A DNA stretch of 36,909 bases from positions 1 to 36,909 of the forward strand of contig JAOZPF010000001.1 of assembly GCA_029932895.1 (NCBI GenBank). The letters are read 5' to 3'. This document shows, piece after piece, positions 28,507 through 36,909 of this stretch. A model generated the notes under the pieces. The model was not told where the DNA came from. It searched no databases and worked only from the letters and a program-made list of their open reading frames with translations. This DNA is from Anaerolineae bacterium. GTDB taxonomy: Bacteria; Chloroflexota; Anaerolineae; B4-G1; DUEL01. Each line of letters starts with the position of its first letter. The stretch's first letter is position 1. Made by a program: the position numbers and the translations under genes.

Positions 28507-30917
28507 CAGCTCGCCTCTCCCTCTCCTGCTTCCCACATCTCTGCTACCCGGCGGGCCAGCAGGTGGTGTTCCGGCTGCTCCAGTTCCGCGTCCTCCTGGA
28601 GCAGCTCCCGTGCCGCTTGCCGTGCCTCCTCCAGCAGGCGCAGGTCTGTCAGAGAGACCATCCTCAGGTCGGGGAAACCCGACTGACGTGTGCCCAAGAA
28701 CTCGCCTGGCCCGCGCAGGTCCAGGTCCTTTTGTGCCAGGGCGAAACCGTCGCTGGTGGTCTCCACCGCCGCCAGTCGTTCCATAGCCTCGGGCGAGTTC
28801 GAATCGGAAACGAGGAGGCAGTAGGAGGGATGTTCCCCCCGCCCGACCCGGCCGCGGAACTGGTGGAGCTGGGCCAGACCGAACCGCTCCGCTCCTTCGA
28901 TCAGCATCACGGTGGCGTTGGGCACGTCGATGCCCACCTCCACCACCGATGTCGCCACCAGGATGTCCAATTCGCCGGCGGCGAAGGCGACCATCGTCGT
29001 CTCCTTCTCCTCCGAGCGCATCCGACCGTGGAGCAGGCCCAGCCGCAGGTCGGCAAAGACCTCCTCTTGGAGGCGGCGGTACTCTTCGACGGCAGCTTTG
29101 GCCTCGATCTTGTCCGATTCCTCCACCAAGGGGCAGATGATGAACCCTTGGTGTCCCTTGGCGACCTGGTTGCGAAGGAAGGCATAAGCCCGCTCCCGTT
29201 CTCGGGGCAGGATCACGCGCGTGGTGATTGGCTGGCGGCCTGGCGGCATCTCGTCGATGACCGAGACATCGAGGTGGCCCCAGATGGTCAGTTGGAGGGA
29301 GCGGGGTATGGGGGTGGCAGTCATGACCAGCAGGTGGGGATTGTACTCCTCCCTGCCATCGCGTCCTTTCTGGCGCAGGGCGGCCCGTTGTCGCACCCCA
29401 AAGCGGTGCTGTTCGTCGATCACCACCAGCGCCAGGTTGTGAAAGGTGACGTTCTCCTGGATGAGGGCCTGGGTGCCGACGACGATGTCGATACTGCCGT
29501 CGGCGAGCCCGGCATAGACCGCCTCCCGCTCCTGACCGGTGACGCGATTGGTGAGGAGGCGGATGACCGGCGCGCGACCGGGCCACGCGGCAAAGAGCTG
29601 GGTCAGTGTGTTGATATGCTGTTCGGCCAGAATCTCGGTGGGGGCCATCATCGCCGTCTGGGCACCGGCGTTCACTGCCAGCGCCATCGCCGCTGCCGCC
29701 ACCGCCGTCTTGCCCGATCCCACATCTCCTTGCAGGAGTCGGTTCATCGGCGCGGTGGAGCGCAAATCGGAGACGATCTCGGCCAATGCCCGTTGCTGGG
29801 CGGAGGTGAGCTGAAACGGCAGGCTGAGCACAAAGCTCTGCAACGTCTCGTCGCTCACGTTCAGTTGGGGGCCAGAGGTGGAGCGGTAAAGGAGCCGCTG
29901 GCGCAGCAACCCCAGTTGGAAAATGAACATCTCGTCAAAGGCCAGCCGGCGGCGGGATTGTTTCAGAAGTTGGGGGTTGTCGGGGAAATGGACCTGCCGG
30001 AGAGCGGTGGGCAGGTCCAGCAGGTTGTGCCGCTCCAGGATGGATGGTGGCATGGGGTCCGGTATGCGCGGGGCCCAATAGTCCACTGTGCGTTTGACCA
30101 GTTGCCGTACCCAGCGCCCGTTGATCCCGGCGGTGAGGGGATAGACCGGGACGAGTCGTCCGGTGTGGAGGAGTTCGCGCTGCAGCGGCTCCCACTGGGG
30201 GGAGGTGAAACAGGGCCGGCCGAGGTACTCGTCCACCTTGCCGCTGACGACGATCTGTTGACCAGAGTGGATGCGTTCGGCCAGGTAGGGTTGGTTGAAC
30301 CAGGTCGCTTCGATAAAGCCTGTGCCGTCGGAGAGGACGGCTTTGAAGAGAGTGGTCCCGCCACGTGTCCTGCGGCTTCCCGCGTCCCAGACCTTGGCGA
30401 CGACGGTGACTTCCTCCCCGTACTCCACCCGGTTGATCGGTTTGAGGTGGGAAAAGTCGTCATAGCGGCGGGGAAGGAAAGTGAGGAGGTCGCCGATAGT
30501 GTGCAACCCCAGGCGGGCCAGCCTTTTGGCCTGCTGCGGCCCCACGCCCCGCAGGGCGGTGAGAGGGGCGTGGAGGCCAGAGGGCTCCTTCGCCGGCACC
30601 GTTGGGCGGGGGCGAGGCTGGCGGGACTTGGGCACTTTCGGAGAGGAGGGTGGGGCATCCGCCGGCCCCGCTTCCAACAGCGTGACCAGCCCGCGCAGGG
30701 CGGGGCCCCGCTCCTCGGGCGTGGAGAGGTCACTGTAGGCGCGCAGCCGGTCGGCCACTGCCTGAGCCCAGCCGGCTGCTGTCGGGCCGAAAGCGTCGTT
30801 CGCCTCGCGGAGCCAGGTGTCGGCAAAGCGTCCCAGGCCGCCAAAGACGGCCTTGTCCTGGAGCTTTTCCGCCTCCAGTTGAAGAATCTTGGATAGTTTC
30901 TCGATGGGTGTTGTCAT
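28506..30917 (-). CDS. recG: ATP-dependent DNA helicase RecG
   Basis: Motifs QGDVGSGKT, DEQHRFG, TATPIPR, QLHQFRGRVGRG and RGPGEFLG. Confidence 0.97.
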   Translation of the reverse strand: MTTPIEKLSKILQLEAEKLQDKAVFGGLGRFADTWLREANDAFGPTAAGWAQAVADRLRAYSDLSTPEERGPALRGLVTLLEAGPADAPPSSPKVPKSRQPRPRPTVPAKEPSGLHAPLTALRGVGPQQAKRLARLGLHTIGDLLTFLPRRYDDFSHLKPINRVEYGEEVTVVAKVWDAGSRRTRGGTTLFKAVLSDGTGFIEATWFNQPYLAERIHSGQQIVVSGKVDEYLGRPCFTSPQWEPLQRELLHTGRLVPVYPLTAGINGRWVRQLVKRTVDYWAPRIPDPMPPSILERHNLLDLPTALRQVHFPDNPQLLKQSRRRLAFDEMFIFQLGLLRQRLLYRSTSGPQLNVSDETLQSFVLSLPFQLTSAQQRALAEIVSDLRSTAPMNRLLQGDVGSGKTAVAAAAMALAVNAGAQTAMMAPTEILAEQHINTLTQLFAAWPGRAPVIRLLTNRVTGQEREAVYAGLADGSIDIVVGTQALIQENVTFHNLALVVIDEQHRFGVRQRAALRQKGRDGREEYNPHLLVMTATPIPRSLQLTIWGHLDVSVIDEMPPGRQPITTRVILPRERERAYAFLRNQVAKGHQGFIICPLVEESDKIEAKAAVEEYRRLQEEVFADLRLGLLHGRMRSEEKETTMVAFAAGELDILVATSVVEVGIDVPNATVMLIEGAERFGLAQLHQFRGRVGRGEHPSYCLLVSDSNSPEAMERLAAVETTSDGFALAQKDLDLRGPGEFLGTRQSGFPDLRMVSLTDLRLLEEARQAARELLQEDAELEQPEHHLLARRVAEMWEAGEGEAS

Positions 30918-30925
30918 AATGCTCC

Positions 30926-31759
30926 TCAGGCGGCTGTGATAGCTGCAATGCCCAGTGCGCGGGGGCCGAGGTGTGTACCCACCACCGGCCCGACCTCGCT
31001 GACCGGGATTGGACCTGAAAAAAGAGCGCGGAGGCGGCTGTGAAAGAGGTCCACGTCGGGAGCGGCAGTGTGGATCAGGACCAGCCGCTCCAGCCGGCCC
31101 AGGCCGGCGATCATTTCCAATAACTTGTCGATGGCCCGGTGGCGGGTGCGAACCTGCCCGATCAGGGACGCCTCGCCCTGGTATAATTCGATGAGCGGTT
31201 TGATGCGCAGGAGGCGGGCGGCGACGGCCTGGGCCCAGGCCACGCGCCCGCTGCGGTGCAGATAGGTCAGTGTGTCCAGCACCCCCAGGATGCGGATGCG
31301 TGGCTGGATATCCTGGATGTGGGCCAGAATCTCGCTGACGCTCTTGCCAGCGGCAGCGTCCTCCGCCGCGACGATCGCTTGCAACCCCAACCCCATCAGC
31401 ACCTGCTTCGAATCTACCAGGTGGACCTCTAGTTCGGGTACTTCCATGCTTCCCAGGCGAGCTACGTTGAGCATCCCGCTGAGAGTGGTCGATACCAGGA
31501 TGGCGATGACCTGGTCTACCTGGCTGGACAGTTGGCGGAAGGCGGCGGCAAAGTCGTAGGCGGGTGGCACGGCGGTGGTGGGGGTCTCTTTCAGCGCGGG
31601 CAGGCGGCGGTAGAACTCGGCGCGGGTGATCTGTTCCCCGTCGCGCAGGCTCTGGCCATCCATCTGGACGTAGGCCGGGACTATGGTGATGCCCAGGCGA
31701 CGGGCAATGTCCCCCGGTATGTCCGAAGTGCTGTCGGTCAGGATAGAAATCCGGCTCAT
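30926..31759 (-). CDS. DegV/FakB fatty-acid-binding protein
   Basis: ATG 31759; motifs TDSTSD, YLHRSGR, IKP and GTHLGP. Confidence 0.92.
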   Translation of the reverse strand: MSRISILTDSTSDIPGDIARRLGITIVPAYVQMDGQSLRDGEQITRAEFYRRLPALKETPTTAVPPAYDFAAAFRQLSSQVDQVIAILVSTTLSGMLNVARLGSMEVPELEVHLVDSKQVLMGLGLQAIVAAEDAAAGKSVSEILAHIQDIQPRIRILGVLDTLTYLHRSGRVAWAQAVAARLLRIKPLIELYQGEASLIGQVRTRHRAIDKLLEMIAGLGRLERLVLIHTAAPDVDLFHSRLRALFSGPIPVSEVGPVVGTHLGPRALGIAAITAA

Positions 31760-32625
31760 TATGGGATTCGACGTTTCTGCAGGCTCTCGTAGGTCACCAG
31801 GCCGAGCCCGTCGGGGCCGATGTGGGAGGCGAGCACCGCCCCATAGACCAGGATGGGAAAGGAAGTGTCCGGGAAGAACCCTGCCAATCGTTCCCGGAGC
31901 AGCGATGTCTCGTCGGTGGGATAGGAGACGCTTTGCAGGATCGCCATCTCTTTGATATCGGTGAACTCGCCTGCGAACTCGACCAGCTTGTCCAGCCCTT
32001 TTTCCCGGCTGCGGACCTTTTCCATAGGGATGATCTCGCCACCCTCTATAGCCAGGAACGGCTTGATGCCCAGCATAGTCCCGAGGATGCACTGGGACTT
32101 GGTGATATGTCCACTCCGCTCCAAATAGTCCAGCGAATCAGTGAACATGACGACATAGATATGGGAGATCATTCCCCGAATGTCACGGACGACCTCACCC
32201 AGGCCGAGGCCGGTCTGGGCGAGTTTGGCCGCCTCGCGAGCCAGGATACCCAGTCCGATCGAGGTGGATTGCGAGTCCATCACCTCGATATCGCAGCGGC
32301 CGAGGAAAGTGTCGGCAGCAGCGCGGGCGTTGCGCCAGATCGGGCTGAGCGGCGCGGAGGAGTGGATAGAGAGGATATAGTCCGTCGTGCGGGTGAGTTT
32401 TTGGTACACCTTCTTAAAGTCGGCCACGGTTGGGCCGACGATGACGGGGCGCTCCCTTTCCCGCTCCATCCGGGCCAACAGTTCCTCGTTCCGCGAGCCA
32501 TCGGTGTCCTGATAGACCTCGTCCCCTATCTGCACGCTGAGGGGAACGACGGTGATATCTAGTTCCTGGGCTAATTTGTGGTTCAGTTGGGCGTTACCAT
32601 CGGTGACGACGTGCACTCTGGACAC
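31759..32625 (-). CDS. DegV/FakB fatty-acid-binding protein
   Basis: Motifs VVTDG, DSQSTS, YLERSG, IKP and SHIGP. Confidence 0.9.
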   Translation of the reverse strand: MSRVHVVTDGNAQLNHKLAQELDITVVPLSVQIGDEVYQDTDGSRNEELLARMERERERPVIVGPTVADFKKVYQKLTRTTDYILSIHSSAPLSPIWRNARAAADTFLGRCDIEVMDSQSTSIGLGILAREAAKLAQTGLGLGEVVRDIRGMISHIYVVMFTDSLDYLERSGHITKSQCILGTMLGIKPFLAIEGGEIIPMEKVRSREKGLDKLVEFAGEFTDIKEMAILQSVSYPTDETSLLRERLAGFFPDTSFPILVYGAVLASHIGPDGLGLVTYESLQKRRIP

Positions 32626-32778
32626 AGAGCCTCCTTGTGGCTGTTTGGAGTATTTTGGCTAGATATCTCTGGATACCCGGCGATGTGGTCGAAGCTCCTT
32701 TCACTATCATCTGGCGCTAGGTGAAATTCGTGACCTGATGTGCAGAATCAGTGCTTCTTTTGTCCTGTATGTGAGCAG

Positions 32779-34416
32779 TTACTCCACGGAAATGATATAG
32801 AAATAGTGAGGTTGTCCTCCCTCAACCACCTCAAACTTCTGGTCGGGGTACTTTTCCTGCAGCGTTTCGGCCAGGGCTTCGGCGCTGGCCTGCGAGATGC
32901 CATCCCCAAAGTAGAGGGTGACGATCTCTAGCTCCTTTGTGCCCATCCGTTCCAGCAGCTTTTCCACGGCCTCCTCAGGCGAGTCGGCGACGATGTCGAG
33001 CTCGCCGTCGTGGATGCCGATGATTTGCCCCTGGTGAATCTCGACAGAGTTGAGGACGACGTCGCGGGTGGCGGTGGTGACCTCGCCGGTATGGACCTCC
33101 TGCGCTGCCTCCCACATTTCCTCGGCATTCTCCTCCAGGTCGGCCTGGTAGTTAAAGGCCAGCAGGGCTCCGATGCCCTGGGGGATGGTACGGGTGGGGA
33201 CGACGGTGGCCCGCTTTTCACTCACTTCGGCAGCCTGCCGGGCGGCCATGATGATGTTTTTGTTGTTGGGCAGGATGATGACCCGGTTGTGGGGTACGCT
33301 AGCCACGGCCTGGAGGATCTCCTCCGTGCTAGGGTTCATCGTCTGCCCGCCCTGGACGACGGCGGCTGCGCCGAGGCTGGCAAAAACGCGGGCCAGCCCC
33401 TCTCCGGCTGCGACGACGACGACGCCGATCTCGGTGGCCGACATCGGCGGGCTGACGACCGGAGGGCGCTCCCGCCCGGCGACGAACTCCTGGTACTGGG
33501 CCTGCATGTCCTCCACCACCACGTCCTGGAGCGAGCCCAGCCTGACCGCATAGCTGATGGGCACACCGGGGTCGGGGACGTGGACGTGGACCTTGACGGC
33601 GGTTGGCTCTCCCACCACCAGTGCGCACTCCCCCATAGCATCTATATCCTGACGAATTGTCTCCACCTTCAGGTCCTGCCCGACGATGATGAACTGCACG
33701 TCGTAGCCATACTCCGCCTCGGCCGCGGCGGGCCCGGCGGAGAGGTCCACCGCTCGCAGCAATCGCAGGTCCTCGGCCACACTCTCCCCGTTCATGCCGC
33801 GCAGCATTCCTTCAAAGATGACATAGAGCCCCTGTCCCCCAGCGTCCACCACCCCTGCCTCGGCCAGTACCGGCAGTAGGTCCGGTGTGTGGGCGACGGC
33901 CTCGCGGGCCCGCTGTACCATTCGCTCCAGCACCAACGCCGTGTCCTCCGTCTCCGCGGCGGTCTGCTCGGCCTCCTCAGCCACCTCCCGGATCACAGTG
34001 AGGATGGTCCCCTCTACGGGGTGGACGACGCCTTTGTAGGCGGTTCTAGCGGCCTCGGCGACAGAGGTGGCCAGTTTCTTGGCTGTCAGCACCGCCTCCT
34101 CTTCCAACCCCCGCGCCACGCCCCGCCAGATCTGGGAGAGGATCACCCCAGAATTGCCCCGCGCGCCCATCAGCGCACCGTGAGCTACCTGGCGGGCAAT
34201 TTTACCCACGTGCCGTTCGGGCGAATCCGCCACCTCGTTCCAGGCTGACTGCATCGTCAGCACCATATTGGTGCCGGTATCGCCGTCGGGGACGGGAAAG
34301 ACGTTGAGGGCGTTGATGGTCTCCTGGTGGTGCCGTAGCCATGCCAGCCCCGCGCCGACCAATTGTTTGAACTCTTGCCCATCTACAACCAGTTGTATCT
34401 CTCGTTCACCAGCCAC
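32779..34416 (-). CDS. fakA: DAK2-domain fatty acid kinase catalytic subunit (FakA/YloV)
   Basis: Motifs NVFPVPDGDTGTNM, GARGNSG, VVDAGG, KVHVH and GGQTMNPS; next to asp23 and degV. Confidence 0.92.
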   Translation of the reverse strand: MAGEREIQLVVDGQEFKQLVGAGLAWLRHHQETINALNVFPVPDGDTGTNMVLTMQSAWNEVADSPERHVGKIARQVAHGALMGARGNSGVILSQIWRGVARGLEEEAVLTAKKLATSVAEAARTAYKGVVHPVEGTILTVIREVAEEAEQTAAETEDTALVLERMVQRAREAVAHTPDLLPVLAEAGVVDAGGQGLYVIFEGMLRGMNGESVAEDLRLLRAVDLSAGPAAAEAEYGYDVQFIIVGQDLKVETIRQDIDAMGECALVVGEPTAVKVHVHVPDPGVPISYAVRLGSLQDVVVEDMQAQYQEFVAGRERPPVVSPPMSATEIGVVVVAAGEGLARVFASLGAAAVVQGGQTMNPSTEEILQAVASVPHNRVIILPNNKNIIMAARQAAEVSEKRATVVPTRTIPQGIGALLAFNYQADLEENAEEMWEAAQEVHTGEVTTATRDVVLNSVEIHQGQIIGIHDGELDIVADSPEEAVEKLLERMGTKELEIVTLYFGDGISQASAEALAETLQEKYPDQKFEVVEGGQPHYFYIISVE

Positions 34417-34429
34417 GTGATATTCCTAT

Positions 34430-34786
34430 CTAGTCGGGGTCGGATATCCTCAGCCCCTCGACATGGACGTTGACTTCGGCGACCGGAACGCCGAGGTTCT
34501 TTTCGACTGTGTACTTGACCACGTTCATAGCGCTTCGTGCTACCGAGGCAATGCGGGTGCCATATTCGATGATGACGTACAGGTCGATATAGATCTGGCC
34601 GTCCTTGACCCGGACCACGACGCCGCGTCTGCTCTCCGAGGAAAGGACGTTGGCAATGCCTGTCGGCAGGTCCTTGGGCACTGTCCCGACGATGCCGTAG
34701 GAACGTATCACGGCTTTGTGGGCCAGGCTGGCGATGGCTATAGGGGAGACCTCGATTCGTCCTTGTGGCCTGATTTTCTCTTTCAT
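34430..34786 (-). CDS. Asp23/Gls24 family protein (YloU-like)
   Basis: ATG 34786; motifs SYGIVG, IIEYG and VNVHVEG. Confidence 0.9.
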   Translation of the reverse strand: MKEKIRPQGRIEVSPIAIASLAHKAVIRSYGIVGTVPKDLPTGIANVLSSESRRGVVVRVKDGQIYIDLYVIIEYGTRIASVARSAMNVVKYTVEKNLGVPVAEVNVHVEGLRISDPD

Positions 34787-34805
34787 TCCGACTCCATTCG
34801 CCTGT

Positions 34806-34834
34806 TTGCGAAAAATGTATTCCTGTGGTATGAT
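34806..34834 (+). promoter_or_regulatory. Putative rpmB promoter
   Basis: TTGCGA-17 bp-TATGAT with a TGn extension. Confidence 0.7.
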
Positions 34835-34867
34835 GTCGCCCGTTAGCAAGAACCAGGGGAGTACAAG

Positions 34868-35050
34868 ATGGCCAAGTGTGAGATGTGTGGTAAAGGCCCC
34901 CAGTTTGGGCACAATGTGAGCCACTCCAAGCGAGCGACTAACCGCCGTTTCAATCCCAACATCCAGCGGGTGCGGGTGATGGTGGACGGCAAGGTGCGCC
35001 GCATGCGGCTCTGCACCCGTTGTCTGCGCACGTTGAACAAGGGTGCATAG
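34868..35050 (+). CDS. rpmB: 50S ribosomal protein L28 (Zn-binding form)
   Basis: [20 protein letters not shown]...PNIQ...CTRCLR. Confidence 0.97.
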   Translation: MAKCEMCGKGPQFGHNVSHSKRATNRRFNPNIQRVRVMVDGKVRRMRLCTRCLRTLNKGA

Positions 35051-35077
35051 ACAGGCGACTGACCGTTTTCTTCATCG

Positions 35078-35110
35078 CGCCGGCCCATACAGGGGCCGGC
35101 GTTTGGTTTT
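35078..35110 (+). terminator. rpmB intrinsic terminator
   Basis: CGCCGGCCC-ATACAG-GGGCCGGCG-TTTGGTTTT. Confidence 0.7.
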
Positions 35111-35136
35111 AAAGGCCGATGTCCAATCAGGACAGT

Positions 35137-35165
35137 ATGATACAACGGAATGGGCAGAAAATCAA
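35137..35165 (-). promoter_or_regulatory. Putative promoter firing antisense through rpmB toward asp23-fakA
   Basis: TTGATT-17 bp-TATCAT on the minus strand. Confidence 0.55.
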
Positions 35166-35205
35166 GGGTTGAGGGCGGCCTGTTTCGCGACCCCTCACAG
35201 TTGAC

Positions 35206-35979
35206 TCACCCCAGGGCGTTGTCGAGAAACATCATGACCAGGAAGCCGAGGATCACGCCCCACGTTCCCTCCTGTTCGAACCCCCGGCTGTGAGTCTCGG
35301 GGATGATCTCATCGGAGACGACATAGAGCATCGCGCCAGCGGCAAAGGCGAGCCCCCACGGCAGGAGTGGTTTCATCAGCGTGACCGCCGCCACGCCGAA
35401 AACGCCGGCGATGGGCTCCGCCATGCCGGAACCGAGGGCGTACAGCAGCGCCTTGCCGCGAGGCCACTTTTCCCGCACCAGCGGCAGCGCCACAGCCAGT
35501 CCCTCCGGCATGTTCTGCAGGCCGATGGCGATCATCAGGGCGATGGCGTCGGAGAGTCGCTCCGTGCCGAACCCCACCCCCACGGCCAGTCCCTCTGGAA
35601 AGTTGTGCAGGGTGATGGCGATGATGAGCAGCCACACTCGCCGTAGGTGGGAGGATGGCCCTTCCGCTCCCTTGATAAAGTGGGTGTGGGGCAGGGCGTG
35701 ATCGAGGATGGCGAGGAAGAAGGCGCCGATCAGGATGCCCAGGGTCGCTGGCCAGATGCCTCCCAGTTCGATGGCGGGCACGATCAGGCTGAATGCGGTG
35801 GCAGCCAGCATGACCCCAGCGGCGAATCCCAGCAGTCCGTCCAGCAGCCGTTCCGAGATGTGCGTGGTAAAGAGGATGGGCAGTGCGCCGACACCGGTTG
35901 CGAATCCTGTCAGGAGGGTGCCGCAGATGCCCATCAGGATGTGGTTGTTGCCAAAGAGCTGGAGGAACAGGTTCTCCAT
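35206..35979 (-). CDS. ZIP (GufA/ZupT) family metal transporter
   Basis: Motifs FAAGVML, LHNFPEG, IGLQNMPEG and EIIPE. Confidence 0.93.
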   Translation of the reverse strand: MENLFLQLFGNNHILMGICGTLLTGFATGVGALPILFTTHISERLLDGLLGFAAGVMLAATAFSLIVPAIELGGIWPATLGILIGAFFLAILDHALPHTHFIKGAEGPSSHLRRVWLLIIAITLHNFPEGLAVGVGFGTERLSDAIALMIAIGLQNMPEGLAVALPLVREKWPRGKALLYALGSGMAEPIAGVFGVAAVTLMKPLLPWGLAFAAGAMLYVVSDEIIPETHSRGFEQEGTWGVILGFLVMMFLDNALG

Positions 35980-36014
35980 AAATGTGTTCTCCCCTCGACT
36001 GGGCAGGTGGTTGT

Positions 36015-36043
36015 AGTATGGCAGGGGACATCGTTCCTGTCAA
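36015..36043 (-). promoter_or_regulatory. Putative ZIP promoter
   Basis: TTGACA-17 bp-CATACT. Confidence 0.65.
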
Positions 36044-36075
36044 GTGGGGCCGGATCGAGCGGGATCGATCTTGCT

Positions 36076-36210
36076 GGCGGCGGACCGGCTAAAGCCTCCA
36101 TTCCATTCGGCGTGTTTCTATGAACAGGCTGTCGCCGAGGGTTGGGCCGAGGTCGGCGGCGGACCGGCTAAAGTCTCCATTCCATTCGGTGCGCTTTTAT
36201 GAGCAGGCCG
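36076..36210. repeat. 56-bp direct repeat, 2 copies, 79-bp period
   Basis: 36076-36131 and 36155-36210 are 49/56 identical; all 7 differences are transitions. Confidence 0.9.
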
Positions 36211-36213
36211 CAA

Positions 36214-36242
36214 CTGGCGTGCTCGTTGCTGCTTGGTATAAT
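36214..36242 (+). promoter_or_regulatory. Putative extended -10 promoter for the ThiF/MoeB gene
   Basis: TGG-TATAAT at 36234-36242; weak -35 (CTGGCG). Confidence 0.55.
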
Positions 36243-36247
36243 GAGCC

Positions 36248-36303
36248 AGCGGATTGTAAGCGGATGAAGCGGATGAAGCGGATGAAGCGGATGGAGCGGA
36301 TGA
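36248..36303 (+). repeat. 9-mer tandem repeat (AGCGGATGA)
   Basis: Five units at 36259-36303 plus a partial unit at 36248. Confidence 0.92.
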
Positions 36304-36310
36304 GGCGGGG

Positions 36311-36336
36311 GTAGGGGCGAACCTGTGTGTTCGCCC
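36311..36336 (+). repeat. GTAG-type REP palindrome
   Basis: GTAG followed by GGGCGAAC-CTGTGT-GTTCGCCC. Confidence 0.7.
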
Positions 36337-36369
36337 GGACTGGGCGGATGCGCAGTGGGAGGTTGCATT

Positions 36370-36909
36370 ATGCTGAGCCAAGGGGAACAGGAGCGTTTCG
36401 CACGGCAGTTGGTGCTGGAGGGGGTGGGAGAGGAGGGGCAGGAGCGGCTCAAAGCTGCCCGCGTGCTGGTCGTGGGCGCGGGGGGACTGGGCTCTGCAGC
36501 CTGTGCCTACCTGGCCGCCGCCGGGGTCGGCACGCTGGGGGTGGTGGACTCGGACCTGGTCTCGCTCTCTAACCTCAATCGGCAGGTGCTCTACGCCACC
36601 GCTGACCTGGGCCAGCCCAAGGCGGTCCTGGCAGCGCGGCGGCTCCAAGCCCTCAACCCCGCCCTGCAGGTGGTCCCTTATGCCGAGCGGCTGGTGGCGG
36701 CCAGGGCGGAGGAACTGGCAGCCTCGTACGACCTGGTGGTGGAGTGTTCAGATACCTTCGAGACCAAGTTCATGGTCAATGCGGCCTGCGTGCGGGTAGG
36801 CACGACGCTGGTATGGGCCTCGGTACTGGCCTGGGAGGGGCAGATGTCGGTGGTAGTGCCGGGCCAGGGGCCTTGCTACCGCTGTCTTTTTTCCCCCACT
36901 GTTGATCTG
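36370..36909 (+). CDS. ThiF/MoeB family adenylyltransferase (partial; runs off the right edge)
   Basis: MLSQGEQERFARQL...GAGGLGS...SNLNRQ...GPCYRC; GGAGG RBS. Confidence 0.92.
   Translation, partial: MLSQGEQERFARQLVLEGVGEEGQERLKAARVLVVGAGGLGSAACAYLAAAGVGTLGVVDSDLVSLSNLNRQVLYATADLGQPKAVLAARRLQALNPALQVVPYAERLVAARAEELAASYDLVVECSDTFETKFMVNAACVRVGTTLVWASVLAWEGQMSVVVPGQGPCYRCLFSPTVDL

Noticed and set aside
28500..28510. Absence of rsmD between recG and coaD
   Set aside because: The clean TGATG coupling leaves no remnant; this is ordinary gene-order variation.
27982..29586. 534-aa apparently extended CoaD, and similar extensions of DUF2148, nusB, DUF35 and DegV
   Set aside because: These are longest-ORF artefacts overlapping upstream genes; internal starts match the family N-termini.
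28479..30896. 805-aa plus-strand ORF, and similar long antisense ORFs (16495-18408, 20000-21838, 22521-24236, 65-1033)
   Set aside because: These are shadow ORFs opposite well-conserved genes, expected from high-GC codon bias, with no recognisable motifs.
30580..30917. RecG N-terminal extension as a novel domain
   Set aside because: N-terminal helical extensions are already known in RecG from several phyla, and nothing distinctive is visible.
35980..36075. Zur box upstream of the ZIP transporter
   Set aside because: No AT-rich palindrome resembling Zur/Fur boxes.
36076..36210. Possible mini-CRISPR array
   Set aside because: Only two units, the repeat is longer than the spacer, similarity extends 56 bp, and no cas genes are present.

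Overview
GC-rich bacterial core-genome segment, most likely Chloroflexota (Anaerolineae-like). That assignment is inferred from the GlyA-GcvT fusion, MurF-Alr fusion, RecG N-terminal extension and T-box-controlled leuS. No phage, transposase, integrase or CRISPR array is visible. Minus-strand block, 1-15.3 kb, in transcription order: rpmF, fabD, fabG, asp23, nusB, COG2403/arcE-like, alpha/beta-hydrolase, thiolase, DUF35, ClC, DUF72, OsmC, DUF2148, GT4, yraN, miaA, T-box, leuS. Plus-strand block: glyA::gcvT fusion, tRNA-Val, D-2-hydroxyacid dehydrogenase, murF-like::alr, gcvH, gcvPA, gcvPB, idi. Second minus-strand block: asp23, fakA, degV, degV, recG, coaD, coiled-coil protein, PAP2. The right end holds rpmB, a ZIP transporter and a partial ThiF/MoeB gene. 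I cannot claim a proven new system. The best leads are: (1) a thiolase/DUF35 pair in which both partners lack their canonical cysteines; (2) a three-part SHMT / degenerate GcvT / GcvT fusion; (3) an apparently degenerate MurF fused to an intact Alr; (4) an orphan ArcE-like arginine synthetase coupled to nusB; (5) recurring 7/8/9-mer tandem repeats at gene junctions plus a composite repeat/REP cassette at 36.1-36.3 kb; (6) a promoter positioned to transcribe antisense through rpmB. All family calls come from motif recognition, not database searches.
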